Under the pieces are notes generated by a model. It was not told where the DNA came from. It saw only the letters and a program-made list of their open reading frames with translations, and did no database searches. A stretch of 57,621 bases of DNA, counting the filler, from Blastocystis sp. subtype 4 (taxonomy: Eukaryota): the NCBI RefSeq assembly GCF_000743755.1. It is 2 parts of 2 records of this genome, joined end to end, with 100 filler letters (N's around TTAATTAATTAA, not from the genome) between each part and the next. Parts side by side here need not be neighbours in the genome. Positions count along the whole stretch, not along the records: positions 1 to 28,830 come from NW_014569417.1; positions 28,931 to 57,621 come from NW_014569416.1. One strand, 5' to 3'. A program made the translations under genes and the position numbers. This document shows, piece after piece, positions 25,236 to 38,285 of the stretch (positions are counted from its first letter, which is position 1; every line of letters begins with the position of its first letter).

Positions 25236-26485
25236 ATGCATTGGTTCGATGTAAAGTCATCTTTCGATTTATTGATTCCTGGCAATCAACCTATCTTTCT
25301 AGTTGTTATTGTGACTGCCGGTGTGATGTTGCTGTCCTATATGTTTTGGAACTGTTACTATTATGATATATCTCTTGTTTCGAAGAAAAATATATCGGTA
25401 ATGGAACGAGAAGACGACTGTCCGCAAAATGGAATCATTCTTTTATTCTATAACCCTAAATCGGGAAGTTTTAATGGTAGTCGTATTCTCAGCAGAGTGA
25501 AAAAACATCATGACCAGGTCCTCACATTCTGTATGAGTGATTCTTTTCTTCCTTCTACATTGAAATTCATTATTCCCTCTTCCCAGATGCGTATCGTTAT
25601 ATGTGGAGGAGACATATCCTTGTGTGTGATTCGATCTAGGTTTCTTAATAATACGGAACAGTTGGTTGGGTACTTCGAACTCTCGAGGAGGCCGGATGGA
25701 ATTATATTCCTCCTATCTGTCTTGTTCCTCTAGGTACGGGAAACGATCTTGCCAAGTCATTCTGTATATCCAAGCTCTCTGTAGCTATGTTTATCCATAC
25801 TTATTCTATAGCATTTTAGTCTTGATCAGATATGTGATTGGTGTCAGAAGGCACCTCGTATGTATAAAGATAGTTATTTTCTGTAGAATACTCCCTGGAC
25901 AGATGGAACTTCAAAGCTGCTTCTGCATCAAAACCTATTGTTTTCACAAACTACTTGGGATTCGGCGTAGATGCTGCTGTAGCTCTCCGATTTAATGAGA
26001 TGCGTAAGGCCTGTCCTTGGTTGTTTTTGTACCAGCCGCTGAATATTGTGTGGTATGTTGTGAATATTGTAAAGGAGTTGTATGCGCCAACAGTTGTGAA
26101 ACTGACCAATTTACACTTAGAAGTGGATGGGAAGGAATATGACACTTCTCCATATCAATGTATCGTTTTATTGAATATTCCATTCTTCTGTGGTGGAGGA
26201 ACACCGCTAGGAACAGAGTTTGCGTACTCTCAGTGTAATGATGGAGAAATTGAGGTGGTTGGATTTTCAACGATTCCTCATGTTCTCAAAGCCAAGTTTG
26301 GTCTTTCAAAAGGTGTGGTGATAGCGAAAGGAAAGTCGGTTCATTGGCGACTTTCAGAACCATGTCCAATTGAAGCAGATGGAGAGCCTTGGATGCAAGA
26401 AACTTCGGAGGGATTCGTAACACTTCATGATCAGATCATGATGTTAGTGGATTCCATTGAAAGTATTCAACAAACATGTACGTAG
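25236..26485 (+). CDS. Diacylglycerol kinase with N-terminal TM helix (epsilon-like)
   Basis: FYNPKSG, ICGGD|GTVGWVL, VPLGTGNDLA, NYLGFGVDA, LLNIPFFCGG, IEADGEPWMQ. Confidence 0.92.
25614..25654 (+). other. AT-AC (U12-type) intron, 41 nt
   Basis: ATATCCTT...TTTCTTAATAATAC; removal gives the DGK ATP-binding motif GGDGTVGWV. Confidence 0.93.
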
Positions 26486-26539
26486 TATAAGTTTAGTCTT
26501 AAGAATAGGCTACACAAAAATGAGTATATTCCTTGTTTA

Positions 26540-27028
26540 TTACAAATTGGGCCTCAAATCATTTCCATTATTCATACTAGATTCAAAGATAGTCTTAACA
26601 TAGCAAATAAAGTTACTGCAAAAGGTTTTATTACGAAAACTATTAAGCCAATGAGGAATCTCCCTTTGGACAAAAGCTAGCACAGTTTCCTCTGTCAGGT
26701 GGCCATTCTTCCACATATCTAATAACGAAGCTCTGTACGACGACAAAACATCATTATAGATCACATCCGACATTGGTATGAATACAACTGTAGGAACATA
26801 CCATCCATTATTTTGCTCCTGGACTGTTTCAGCTACACCCGAGGATACATCAATTTCAAGAGTCAACTCAAAATTCTCTCTATACTGATCTTTTTTAAGC
26901 CTAGGCATTACAGATACAAACAGTTAAGACTCATTAGTAGCTTCAGCGTTGTAGTGGTTATTAGATTCTAAAGTACCGTTGAAATCATTTGCTAAAGCAA
27001 TGTTGAAGTATTGCGGGTCTTCATTCAT
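26540..27028 (-). CDS. Orphan hypothetical protein, ~150 aa
   Basis: MNEDPQYF...ATNE|LKKDQY joined by a 30-nt intron to the 122-aa ORF; start uncertain. Confidence 0.5.
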
Positions 27029-27178
27029 GTGCCCTGCAATTCGTTAGTTAACTAAGCTTAATGATGTTATTCATCGCGGGGATTTCCTAGTTTCCACTTT
27101 ATTTAAGAACTCATAATAATAACATAAGCAACAGAATATGGAGCTATAATGGATCTTCTGTAATTCAAAAAACAATGA

Positions 27179-27895
27179 TACATCAAATGCTGTATGACTT
27201 CCATCCAATTCTTGCAGTAAGTAACACGCTTGTCGCTGATTCCTTTGTATGTCCAAGGATAATCACCAAATAAAATACACTGTTCACAAGCATCAACACA
27301 CTAGACATCACAACTCTCCGATGCTACTCACTTCGAGAACATACTTCTCACGATCGTCAATGAAGATCGATATATGTTCCTCTTCGCAAATGAGACTCTT
27401 CACAGGTCGATCACTACGATTATCATTGTATCGATCATTTGCATAAATAAACTTCTCAATAGGAATACCATTTAGATTGTGATTGATCCAATATTCAGTT
27501 GCATCCTTCCACAATTCCTAGAGTTCAGTCAATATTAGGCACATACCTCAACACGGCCCGTGATGATAATAAGACGATACTTTTTGCTCAGTTCCATAAG
27601 CCCCTCTCGAGTACCAGGGACGAGAGGCAACTATATTGACAAAAGTGATAGAAATCCTACATATTTGGGACGCTCTTTACAGTACTCTTCGAAGGCCTGA
27701 TAATACTAGGAGATGATAAGAAATCAAGAACCAAACCTTCGGCTGGTCCATATGGAAATACTTGATGAGGTCATATTCCTTCAGATCCTCATACTTCATA
27801 CCCAGATCCATCTTTTGATTCATGAATTCGATAAAATCATTCATCAAAAGACACAACACCTCATCACAGTCAATTCCAATTATCTTCTTCTCCAT
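27179..27895 (-). CDS. 5'(3')-deoxyribonucleotidase (NT5C-type HAD); stop probably made by polyadenylation
   Basis: IGIDCDEVL, PLVPG, IIITGR, IFIDD, ILFGDYPW, CKNWMEV; ends QHLM then TA|TCAT TGTTTTTT. Confidence 0.85.
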
Positions 27896-28030
27896 TCTAC
27901 TTACGAATTTGATATGGTGGTACTGGAATGTTCAGTTGTTAGGAGTTATGATTATTAAAGATTCCCACACTTGGATGATAGAATCTTCCTATTGACCTCA
28001 AAGCTTCCATTAACTATCAACAAACACATA

Positions 28031-28665
28031 AAATGGCGAATGGATTTGCATGAATCGTTACACTCTTGATGACAATATCCTTCGTTGGCCGATACTTTTC
28101 ATTCACAGGAACATCTTCCATTGCCCTTAGAGTATCCATCCCATAAATTACCTTTCCGATCACAGTATCAACCATATCTAACTGGCTTTGTTTGTCATAG
28201 ATGATGTAAAACTGACTCTTATTTGTATTGGGTTGTCGTTTTGCCATAGCGACAATGCCACGCCGATCGAACTATGCATCAACCGTAATTCCATCAATTA
28301 CTTTGATATTTGGATTAAATTCATCTTCAATAGGCTCTCCGGTGATACTTTCTCCTCCCTTCCCTTTTCCTTGTGATCAACCGAACAGAGAATAGCCTAC
28401 CTGTTGGATCACCACCTTGTATGAATACACCTTTTACATTTCTGGAAGTAAACAAGAGAATACCAAGGCATACCTGTGAAACTTTGTATTATCATAATAT
28501 CCGCTTGCGCACAATGCTAAGAAGTTCTACAAGGTAAAAACCTGACGCAAGTAGACTTTCGTATTCTTTGGAATTAACTCACAAAACAGTTCAATCTTTA
28601 AGTCTCCATAATTCGTATGGAGGGTTAAAGACTATACAGTTATTGAAAGGATCATTCAATACCAT
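28031..28665 (-). CDS. PPIL3: Cyclophilin PPIL3-like; ATG-only first coding exon; stop made by polyadenylation
   Basis: SLTLHTNYGDLKIELFCE, NFLALCASGYYD, QGGDPTG, TNKSQFYI, VTIHANPFAI then T|TATG TGTTTGTT. Confidence 0.9.
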
Positions 28666-28738
28666 TCTGTGAATAACTGGAATAGAACCTGTTTCATTTA
28701 GAAACAAACATTGCTTCGCAATATATAGAAAAGCAATC

Positions 28739-28830
28739 TTACAGACGAATCTGATAATCTCCAGAACGGGTCATGTAACGCACCCACTTGGTGGTTTGAT
28801 AGGAAGACTTCTCGTACACCTTTAAGAAAC
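28739..28830 (-). CDS. AP2M1: C-terminus of an adaptor complex mu subunit, most like AP-2 mu; truncated by the gap
   Basis: FLKVYEKSSYQTTKWVRYMTRSGDYQIRL*; TGTTTGTT downstream at 28703-28710. Confidence 0.8.
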
Positions 28831-28930
28831 NNNNNNNNNNNNNNNNNNNNNNNNNNNNNNNNNNNNNNNNNNNNTTAATTAATTAANNNNNNNNNNNNNN
28901 NNNNNNNNNNNNNNNNNNNNNNNNNNNNNN
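28831..28930. other. Assembly gap with artificial all-frame stop linker
   Basis: 100-nt block of N containing TTAATTAATTAA at 28875-28886. Confidence 0.97.
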
Positions 28931-29469
28931 ATAGGTATTTGCACCGATGAAACAAATGTGATTTCTGTGACAAATCTCATTCAAAGTCTCCTGTTCCTTG
29001 TTCATCAGATTGGTTGCTACTACAACCTACATATCACTACACAAATCCAGAACCAACACGGAACGACTTGATGTACTCTTCAGTCAACTCCTCCACTCGC
29101 TGAGATACACTGACATATGGGTTCAGATCACGCAATTTGGGAAGACAAACCTACAAAATCAGTTAATTCTATGGATATCACTTCTGCTCTCGATTTGCCC
29201 AAATCTTGTTCCGAAATATAAAAATTGGATGACATATCTTTGATACACGCAGCATCATTATCGTAGATAGCAATAGTCTTCACTCCAGCGAGAATGATGT
29301 TCTTCGCTAGACTTTACTGCATACGTTTATCAATACCAATCTCTACTCCTAATCCTTTCATACCGATAATAAGGGCACTCGAAGCGTTCATTCGCTTCAT
29401 AGCCTCTTCTCCGAGAACATACAGTTGTCTGCTGTACAGAGATTCGTCAATTGTAACTTCTTCCGACAT
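28931..29469 (-). CDS. UBA1: Ubiquitin-activating enzyme E1, 5' part; truncated by the gap
   Basis: [21 protein letters not shown]...[19 protein letters not shown]...LRDLNPYV. Confidence 0.92.
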
Positions 29470-29530
29470 GTCTGTGAATAATCTAATCCTAAACTGAAAT
29501 CTCTTCAGAGAGGTGATCTCAACAAACAAT

Positions 29531-32500
29531 TTAATCCATGGAAGACAAAACAGCTGTAATAGCAGTACATAATTCAAGGGACTGTTCAAGATGAACTCTC
29601 CACAAGATTCCCTGAGTTCCATTTTCAAATGAAAGCGTCACAATATTTGGATCATCCTTCTTTTTTGTCATCTTGTCTAAGGATGACAACTTCCATATAT
29701 CCATAATCACACAATTCGTCGATCCTAGTTTCTTGATTAATGCCACAATTTGTCCTTGAAGAGCTATTGAGTAATTGTCTCCTCCAATAATTCCAGTAGA
29801 TGTCTTCACCTCAGTGAGTGTGAACCATGTACAGGCTGGATTATCCCTCAATGAAGGGAGTTTCACTATATCATCAACATTCAGAGTCTCCAGATTGGTA
29901 AAGGAAGTATCAGTGTGAGATTGTGGAGTGTCGTCAGAGGTAGGTTTAGAAGTGGGCTGAGATACTGGTTGAGAGATAGGTTGTGATGGTTCCTCAGTCG
30001 GAAGATTACCCTCAACCGTTACATCCTTTTGTGGCTGATTTAGATCAGCTTCCTCATTCAATACAGCTTCAGTAGAAGGATCATCGCTAGACTCCTCAAC
30101 AGGCACTTCCTTCACAGAAGCCAGGGTCTTAGCACGATCAGCAGCCTCGGATCGTTGATATTCGTCTGCGATATCCTTCGTTAATTCTCGTGTCCAACGT
30201 AGAGCCTTGGAGAAGAAAGAAGACTTTTGTGAGCTCTCCTTCATCTTCTGCTTGGATTGTTCCAAACCCTTATTCCAACTGGCTTTTGCTTTTGCTGCAA
30301 ACTGTGTTGCAGCAAAAGCAGTCTTCGAAGCCATTTCAGAACCTACTTCCTTTGCTTTCTCCATTAGATCGCTCAACATGTAATACTGACACACTACTTC
30401 TAATCCTCTTCATAGTCATACCTTCACATGTTGCAGAATCATGATCAATCAGCCATTCCATCTTCGAATAACGACGAATCGTTTCATGAATCGCGAAATA
30501 ACCACCATCAATCACACACACTCGGTTATACCCTTCGGCTCTCAATATCCTATCATTCATATCATTCTTCAATACAACTTGCCACATTCATTCACGTATT
30601 CAGTCTCTTCATTCTTATGATCGGGATGACCACGAGCTACAATACAGATCACACAGCCTTGAATTTCAGAGAGACATTTCAATACTCCTTCCAACAGAAG
30701 CGTATTTTTCCATAGTTTGCCTTCCACACGTAATTCGGCTGGGAGAGTTCCACTTGCTGCCTCTTCATCACTTCTCAAATCTAGACAGAAGAACTTACTC
30801 CGTTCAGATTGTTTCAAATGCATTGAACTCAACACATCACCAGCAGCAATAGGAAGAATTGGTAAGGTTGGAAGATGAGGCATGGTAGCAAGAGTAGCAA
30901 AAGGAGGATAGTAAATGTCTCGTGATAAAACCCGATCAACTGAATAGTTCTTCACACAAGCTTTCTCGAAGATTTCAAGATTCGACGACCATTGATTGAG
31001 AAGCACGGAAATTCGAGATTTCTTAGAGGGATTGAAAGCACTAAGAATCAACTGAGTCTACCTTTCTCACTTGTAAAAGTCAACCAAACGACTGTAGAGA
31101 ACATCTGATGTTGCTGTTACAGAAGGGCTCAATAAACCAGGAGAACACTGCGACAATACCCCAATCACTGCATACTGTACAGACACTGGTGTATTTGCTA
31201 AGAGGCTTTCAGCAGTCAGAATCACTTGAGTGATGTCAGTATCACTGAGTGACCATGGCAGTGCTTGTACTGCTTCTATCAGTCCATCGAGTGAAGTGAT
31301 TGCTAAGAGTTCAGACTGCTTCCACTGAAGCAACGCTAGTACAAAGAATATCACAAAAGAAGCATTTCCTTCTACAATCAATCGATCAATAAGACGGTCA
31401 GTGATCCCCATGGTCCACAGATCTGTCTCATGATAGATATCAGGATTTAGAAAGACTGATAGCAGCCATGACGTTGGAATCACGCCTTCTTCCTCTACTG
31501 TCTGATATGGATCTTCTTGGACTGGAATATTCTATGATCAAAATTGGGACAGTTTCTTACAGACACAAAATCGTCCTGTTTTTCTAAGGGATATGAATAT
31601 GGTTTCCACCAGTTCAAGGAGATGGAATCCAGATGAGTGGCAAGGCGAGGAAGATGGAACTGCACCAATAAGTGAAGAAGAGCATGAAGACGGATGGTGG
31701 CCTTCCCACGGGAAAGTGACACTATTGGCAGACGGACTTCTTCTGTCACTGTACAACGTTGATTGAGACAGCGATCTGTTTCCAGTGTCTGTAGAGGAGG
31801 AGAAGAAGAAAGGAATGTGATTGAGAACATATCCAGAAGAAAGAGAAGAGTGAACTCCCGTGTGAAATTGCGACACAACAGTAAGAAAAGAATAAGATCA
31901 ATAAGGACTAGATATCAGGAATGACAATAATTGGGACTATTATTGTAGGGAGCTCCAGAATTAATCAGAAGACCATACAAAACCCATAAAGCATCTCCTT
32001 TGACTCTAGTTTCATTTTCAACTGAAAATGAAGAGATTTGTATTGACATACCATTGGAAGAGAAACGATGGTAGATATGGTGAATGTAGTCTTCCACAAT
32101 ACCTGTATTAACAGTATTCACTTGCCAAACGCTGTCTGCGAGAGTGGTAACAAGATCAGGATCAATGCCTAGGAAGATCACAAACATTCGACATTGAAGT
32201 TCTTTAGGAATTTGGTAATGATTCTTTTGAAGTAGGGAACGGAGAAAAGGAATATCTGCTGATGACTAAGAGAAAGAAAACAAACTTGGATTTAAACGCA
32301 CTGACTCCTTTTGCAAGAGTTCGTTGATTTGCTTTTCATCATCAGGAATCGGTTCCATCAGATATGCAGGATCGGGTTCGACCGTTTTGGTTTCCTCCAT
32401 AAGATCTTGATGTTTTCTACATAATAATAAGATCCGAATCGTACTTCTGGTAATCCTGTTGCATTTCATTGGAGATATCATGCATCACATCTTCTAGATC

Positions 32501-32806
32501 CTCTTGACATAATCTTAAATCCGATTCAATACCCTTAATATCGCTTGTTTCTTCGTCTACTCCATCCAAGAATTTCCCAAAACGGTATTGTTAAGAAAAG
32601 CAACCCAGGCAGAATGGAATGGATATATTCTCTTTCTTCTCCTCTGAAACTGGAACAGGCTCAGAAGTTACTGGATCTTGTGGATTCTCTTGCACATGAT
32701 TGTCTGTCGTTGTATTTAGTTCTGAGACTGATCTGAGAAACACAATCCTACCATCTCCCCAATCTTCAGCTTCATCAGAATCATCAACAACAAATAAACT
32801 GCTCAT
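29531..32806 (-). CDS. TBC1D23: TBC1D23-like protein (TBC, rhodanese-like, C-terminal PH-like)
   Basis: [15 protein letters not shown] (TBC), FFCLDLRS and [12 protein letters not shown] (rhodanese), [16 protein letters not shown] (C-terminal domain). Confidence 0.75.
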
Positions 32807-32875
32807 TGATATTCAGTTGGAAAACAAACACAAAATGAAGAATCACGATGACTCCAAAAAAAGTCACTTATTAGT

Positions 32876-33802
32876 TTACCAAAAACGAGATTCACAAGAA
32901 AAAACGGGTTAAACTAATACAGAATGCCTGGAACAGTGTCAATGGACTCTACATGTCATCAGAACACTGATGGCATACTTTGAAGTCCATCGTGAACAAA
33001 TCCTTCCCGACTCTACCAAATTGAAGAACTACTTCATTCCGATTTGTCTCAAGCTGTAGATTTTTGATAGATGGAATAGTAACGCGATTCCTGAAGTCCA
33101 TCACATATGTGTGTTGCTATAACTAACGCCAATACTTCAAGTCTACGAATGGATCCCATTCTGGAGGTCGTGACCGTAAAGAGTAGATAAATGGTTCAAC
33201 AGTCGAGACTCGACGATGGGAAGGGAGTAGGCATCGTTCAGCAAGAAACACTTCCATTTCATAGGGTTTCCAGGACCCTAAGAAGTTCAATTTGTACTTG
33301 ATTAACATCTATTGTTCAAAGGATACGATTCTGTACTTCATTGTTATCCACTAATTGGGTTTGGTTCAAGTGAGTTAGTAGATCGGGGTCTAGGCAGGAG
33401 TAAAATGTAGTATTAAAGGCATTGGAACGGATTCGACCGATAGGGAGTCGATCCGTTCCTAGATGACGTCCCTTCAATGGAGATGCATTGTGTAGATCAT
33501 GAGGAATTGACAGTGTGAGTGTTGTTCGCAAGCCACAAATGTCTCTTCTTGCTGTAATAATGTATGTATTCACACTAGGTGTTTACTCATTCCATTCTGT
33601 ACCCGCCAAGTTGCAGATATAGGTCTATATATTCACTTTTCAGCCAGCCTTCATAACGTCGTTGCACAAGACACATATAAACAGATTGGTTATCTGGAGG
33701 AGGGTTGAACAGAAGGGTGATATTTTTCTCTTCTGTCGGGTTCTCCAGAAACTCTTGTAGATCCTTGTTCACATTTGATATCAAAGCAAAATCGTAGTTC
33801 AT
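32876..33802 (-). CDS. Tubby-domain protein
   Basis: YMCLVQR, IGRIRSNAFNTTF, LRSRPPEWD, YVMDFRNRVT, QFGRVGKDLFTMDFKY, FQAFCISL. Confidence 0.88.
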
Positions 33803-33976
33803 GGAAAGAGTGATAATGACACGATGGGTAAAAAACACGAATCCTGCTGCAATGAACACGAGAGTCACACTGCACCAAACTACTGATTATGAAGTGTTTT
33901 ACATGCAAAGAGATGATTAAGGAAGTAGTAGGAATTTACAATTCCCGTGGTTCTTGCCACATCGTTCATTTGCACG

Positions 33977-34378
33977 ATGGCTGAAGAAAAGAGCTACAGT
34001 GACCACAAAGTTGAACTGGTATAAAGCTAAAGTGGGTGAATGAGAGAATAGGGAGTGGGTAGTACGACTGCAAGGACATTTGTCTTTTATAATGAAGGCC
34101 ATACACTTGGTAATCCGATGAGAACAATTATTATGCAGCAGTAATGTATTAAGATAGAATTTCACCGTTTTAGGGAAGGAGTGGAGTTTTGTGGTTATTC
34201 GGTTCCTCATCCAGTGGAAGCTAAGATGCATCTTCGAATTCAAACGAAAGGTCGCTGTTAGCTATGTGGTTGATTGATAGAAGAAAATGCCACTCAAACC
34301 CTGATCAAGGGTCTGAAGAATTTCCAGCGAATTTGTAAAGTGATTGGAGATCGATATGAAGAAGCCCTTCATCACTAG
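33977..34378 (+). CDS. POLR1D: RNA polymerase I/III shared subunit RPAC2 (AC19); absent from ORF track
   Basis: Four exons give TFVFYNEGHTLGNPMR...VEFCGYSVPHPVEAKMHLRIQT; TAG at 34376-34378. Confidence 0.9.
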
Positions 34379-34423
34379 TTGTCGTTTATCTTCCTTTGAT
34401 TTTTAACAAACGCGTCATACCAA

Positions 34424-37338
34424 TTACATATCATCAAAAACAGATCGTTTCTCATGACCTCGATCTCTTCCTCGACGTCCTCTTCCCCTTCCTCGACCTC
34501 TTCGATGAACCAAACTGACATGTTTATTCCTTCCAGAACGCACTTCCAACATTCCTCTCAACAGTTCATCACAAAGAAGACATCCCGAGTATTCTGTCTG
34601 ACCACTCTCTAGTGGTGTATCCTTCTTATTAAAATCGATTTTCACTAACGAAGATCCACACTCTTCACAACGCTTCTTCAATACTTGAATCTCATGAATA
34701 CTCGTTGTAAACCGAATAATCTTGTTGCATTGATTGCAGCATAACTTCCAATTGGGACGACTCTCCAAATCCAATACCATCATTCCCTCGCATTTTGTTT
34801 CCTCATCTGCTGGACATCTACAGAAAACAAATTCCATTATCCTACGGACACACTCCATTTGCTAGTAATCCGAAGCGACAAGAAGGATGAAGACATTGAT
34901 TACATCCCATCCGTGTCAACTCTTCAAACGGAGGATTATTATAACAGAATGGACACAATGGATATGTCGTTCCTACAAACTTCTCAGAGTTTCCTAATGA
35001 GAACAATAGGAGATCAAATCCATCCAAAGGACATTTCAATTCCTTATACAATTTGATCGTTCCATTCGATGGAAGATTGTAAGTAACATTACATTCAGAG
35101 CAGAATAGACGTGGAGGAGGATTCTTCACATATTTCATGTAATGTTTACAAATGCCACATCGTGATAAAGGTTTACCTGATTCTGTGAGTAATGAAAATT
35201 CAGCTTCAAAAAGCGAATCTATGATCTACGAATGAATCTCGATTATCATCACTCACTCCAATATGAGAACGGAAGTAATCGAATTTTGATCTAAATACAT
35301 CCAATGAGTGTTCTACAACATCTTCTTTCTTTGCCTTCCCCTGAGCAATCAATGTGCATTCCTTCTCAATATTGCTTCGAACTGTTGGAAGAACAAGTTC
35401 TGTGTCAACATAGTAATAACCATGAACCAGAACGATTCCTAGTTTTGTTGGAATCAGAGTACCTTCATGTCATTCTCATCTTCAATCATACGCTTAGGAC
35501 CCAATGTCACATAATTCCTTTCAACAATATTCGAAATATGAACGGGAATTGAAGCATCCGTACCAATTCCGTTCTTCTCCATCAATCCAATCAATTCACT
35601 CTCTGTCAAATAACCTATTACTCAATCCATTCTCTCGTATCTACCAGGAGCTGATGTCAAACCTTCTTTACTTACGCATTTATCGATTTCCAGAATTTCT
35701 CCCTATTTCAGCAACGCCACAAATTATGTACTTTTTTGAACTCCAAAGCAATAGAAGAATAATTCGATTCTTCATCGTCTTCTTCTTCTTCATAACCACG
35801 ATACAAAGCAGTAAATCCTGGAACTGTGACTCGTTTGAAAGAATAATTGAATGATTCATCTCCTGCTTTCAGTAGAACACGGGTATTTGTGTATCGACAG
35901 TCTATTTACTGAGACCCAGGGATATCCCTACCATCTGAGACTGTGGACAAGAAATGTTTAGTGATCAGTTCATATAGACTAGCTTCACCACCAGAGAGTG
36001 AATTCAAATCGACACTAGCCATTGGGGTAATCGGAGGATGATCACCCATATCTATTCCTTGTCGAGGTTGGTTAATACCATTTTGTATCAACTGATTCAC
36101 ATACCCTCCCCAGACAGGATGGGATCGGTGTCTCTCTATAGCTCCTCTATCGCTTGATTCTTCCTCAGCACTCATACAACAGATCGTAGTGTTGAGGATA
36201 AGCAGTGGATTCAGTACGAGGATACGATATGTAGCCCTTAAGGTACAACCTCTCTGCAAATACCATGCATTCCTTTGGACCCATCCCAAGACTCCGAGAT
36301 GCGATCTTCAACATATCAACTGTATTAAGAGGCTGAGGTCGCACACGACGACCTGATGTGTCTTTCACTTGAATCACCTCCATCTGATGTATTGACTGAA
36401 GTTTCTTCTGGAATATGAAAAATATCTAAATAATGAGAATGACAAAAATACACACTTCTTGATCGAAAATTCGACCTCGAGTCCATGTCACGGGAATCAC
36501 ACGATTGTTCTTCTTGACAGCCACTTGGAGTGTCCAGTATTTCTAAAACTCACAATCCAGCACCAACCCAACTTCACCCTTGAAATGCTGAATCACATCA
36601 AACCGATCAACACAGAAACCAAGTGTTGGTATTTGGCAAGGTCCATATGATATGACAGTACTATCAAGATCACTGTACTTATTACGGAAGAACTGTGTTT
36701 GAAAGCGACTGAACGCAACTCCAATTTTCAGATCGAGTTCTTGGCGTGCTTCTACCGCCTTTGATTCATTTTCGTTTGGATCTGATAGCGTTTTCATTGC
36801 TTTGAGAATATCTGGAGCAGTAATGGCAGAATAACGAGCTCGATAGATACGCTTTTCATTTCCAGTTGGTTTCTTCATGACCGGCTTCACACAAGATAAG
36901 ACTTCAAAACAGATATTCTCTCCTTCCCGATCACAATCCAACCATAATACAATGGCATCTCTATACCCATGATTCTACACCCATGTCTGCATACACATTC
37001 TTTCCAACATCCTTTAAGTGACGAATGACTCCTCCACTCGCTTCCTTCCGAATAGTCTTTCCGCCAAATAAATCCATGCAGTCGGTTTTCTCCCAATTCT
37101 GGTACTCGGGAGCAAAGTCAAGATTGAAAACGTGACCCACAACAGATGTCACCTATTAGTCAAGTTCACTCAACTCCATTACTTTGAACAGAACACGTTT
37201 ACCTAAAAAGTCACCTTCAAAGTAGTGGATTGGCAACTTTCCTCCCCGTGTTTCATGTGTTCCTTTGGATAGAATCGATGAAATACTACCAGCAATTGAT
37301 GGCTTTTCCGCCACCATTAGAACTTCTGGAAGAGTCAT
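34424..37338 (-). CDS. TOP3B: DNA topoisomerase III beta
   Basis: [40 protein letters not shown]-terminal Zn fingers and RG-rich tail. Confidence 0.96.
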
Positions 37339-37360
37339 TCAAACGATTACTAAGGTGAAA

Positions 37361-38264
37361 ATGCAGTTGCACAATACTTCTAAAGAAATAAGGATTACTT
37401 TCTATGATTGTTCGATTGTGAATCTCAGTGATCCGTCCACTCTTGCCTTTTTGGATACTGTTGCTATTTAGAAGTGTATATAATAATGCAGTTGGATCCG
37501 AGTACAAAGAAACGACTTCTTGGGTACTATCGTGAGGAGGACAAAAAAGTGGATACAACGAAATGGGTTGATTGTAGATGGCAATTGTATCTCAACAGAT
37601 CCAATATCGGCTGCTTCGATCGATCGCACAAGATGAGTCTGAAATTTGTAAAACGCAGTACGGAAGACCTTATTTTGTTGTAATTGTTCTCTTGGACTTC
37701 AATTTGCAGATTCATGGAACTCGAGCGAATGTCGTTTACAGTGTCTCTCATCACTCAGGAATCGTTGTGTTAGGCTTTTCTTCTCTGTAAGAAGTAAAAT
37801 GGGACTGTAAATCTAGAAATGTTGGTGTAGACATTCTCCATATTCGTCAAGATGTGCATTCAAGTCAATATATATCGATGATGCGTTCTGCATTGCATCC
37901 AAATGAGTATCGAATACTCAACTCTCTTTCTCCGCAACAACAAATGATCTACTTTTCCCTCTTTTGGACACTCAAAGAAGCCCTTTTGAAGGGAAAAGGG
38001 GTAGGGATTGCGGATCCAGCACAGCCAATGAGTTCGTTTGATTTCTCATCGATTACACCAAAATTGAGTTATTGGGTAGCAGTAATGAATTCGTGGATAT
38101 TACTAGCATGGATACACAAAGATTCCTTTGCCGTATCTGTTGCCGTGGAATGGGATTCTGTTATTGATCATGCAGATTTAATCGAAATCGATAAACAATT
38201 GTATATACAAGTGAACGAGAGTCAGATTCGATTGATCCAAGATGATGATGTCATTTCTTTTTAG
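37361..38264 (+). CDS. AASDHPPT: Sfp-type 4'-phosphopantetheinyl transferase
   Basis: KTQYGRPYF, YSVSHHS, VGVDI, FWTLKEALLKGKGVGI; last exon uncertain. Confidence 0.88.
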
Positions 38265-38285
38265 TGTTTCTTTTCTTTATGATTA

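Noticed and set aside
27071..27256. 61-aa minus-strand ORF as a separate gene
   Set aside because: It overlaps the last NT5C exon in another frame
28875..28886. Palindromic TTAATTAATTAA
   Set aside because: It lies inside the N run and is an artificial stop linker
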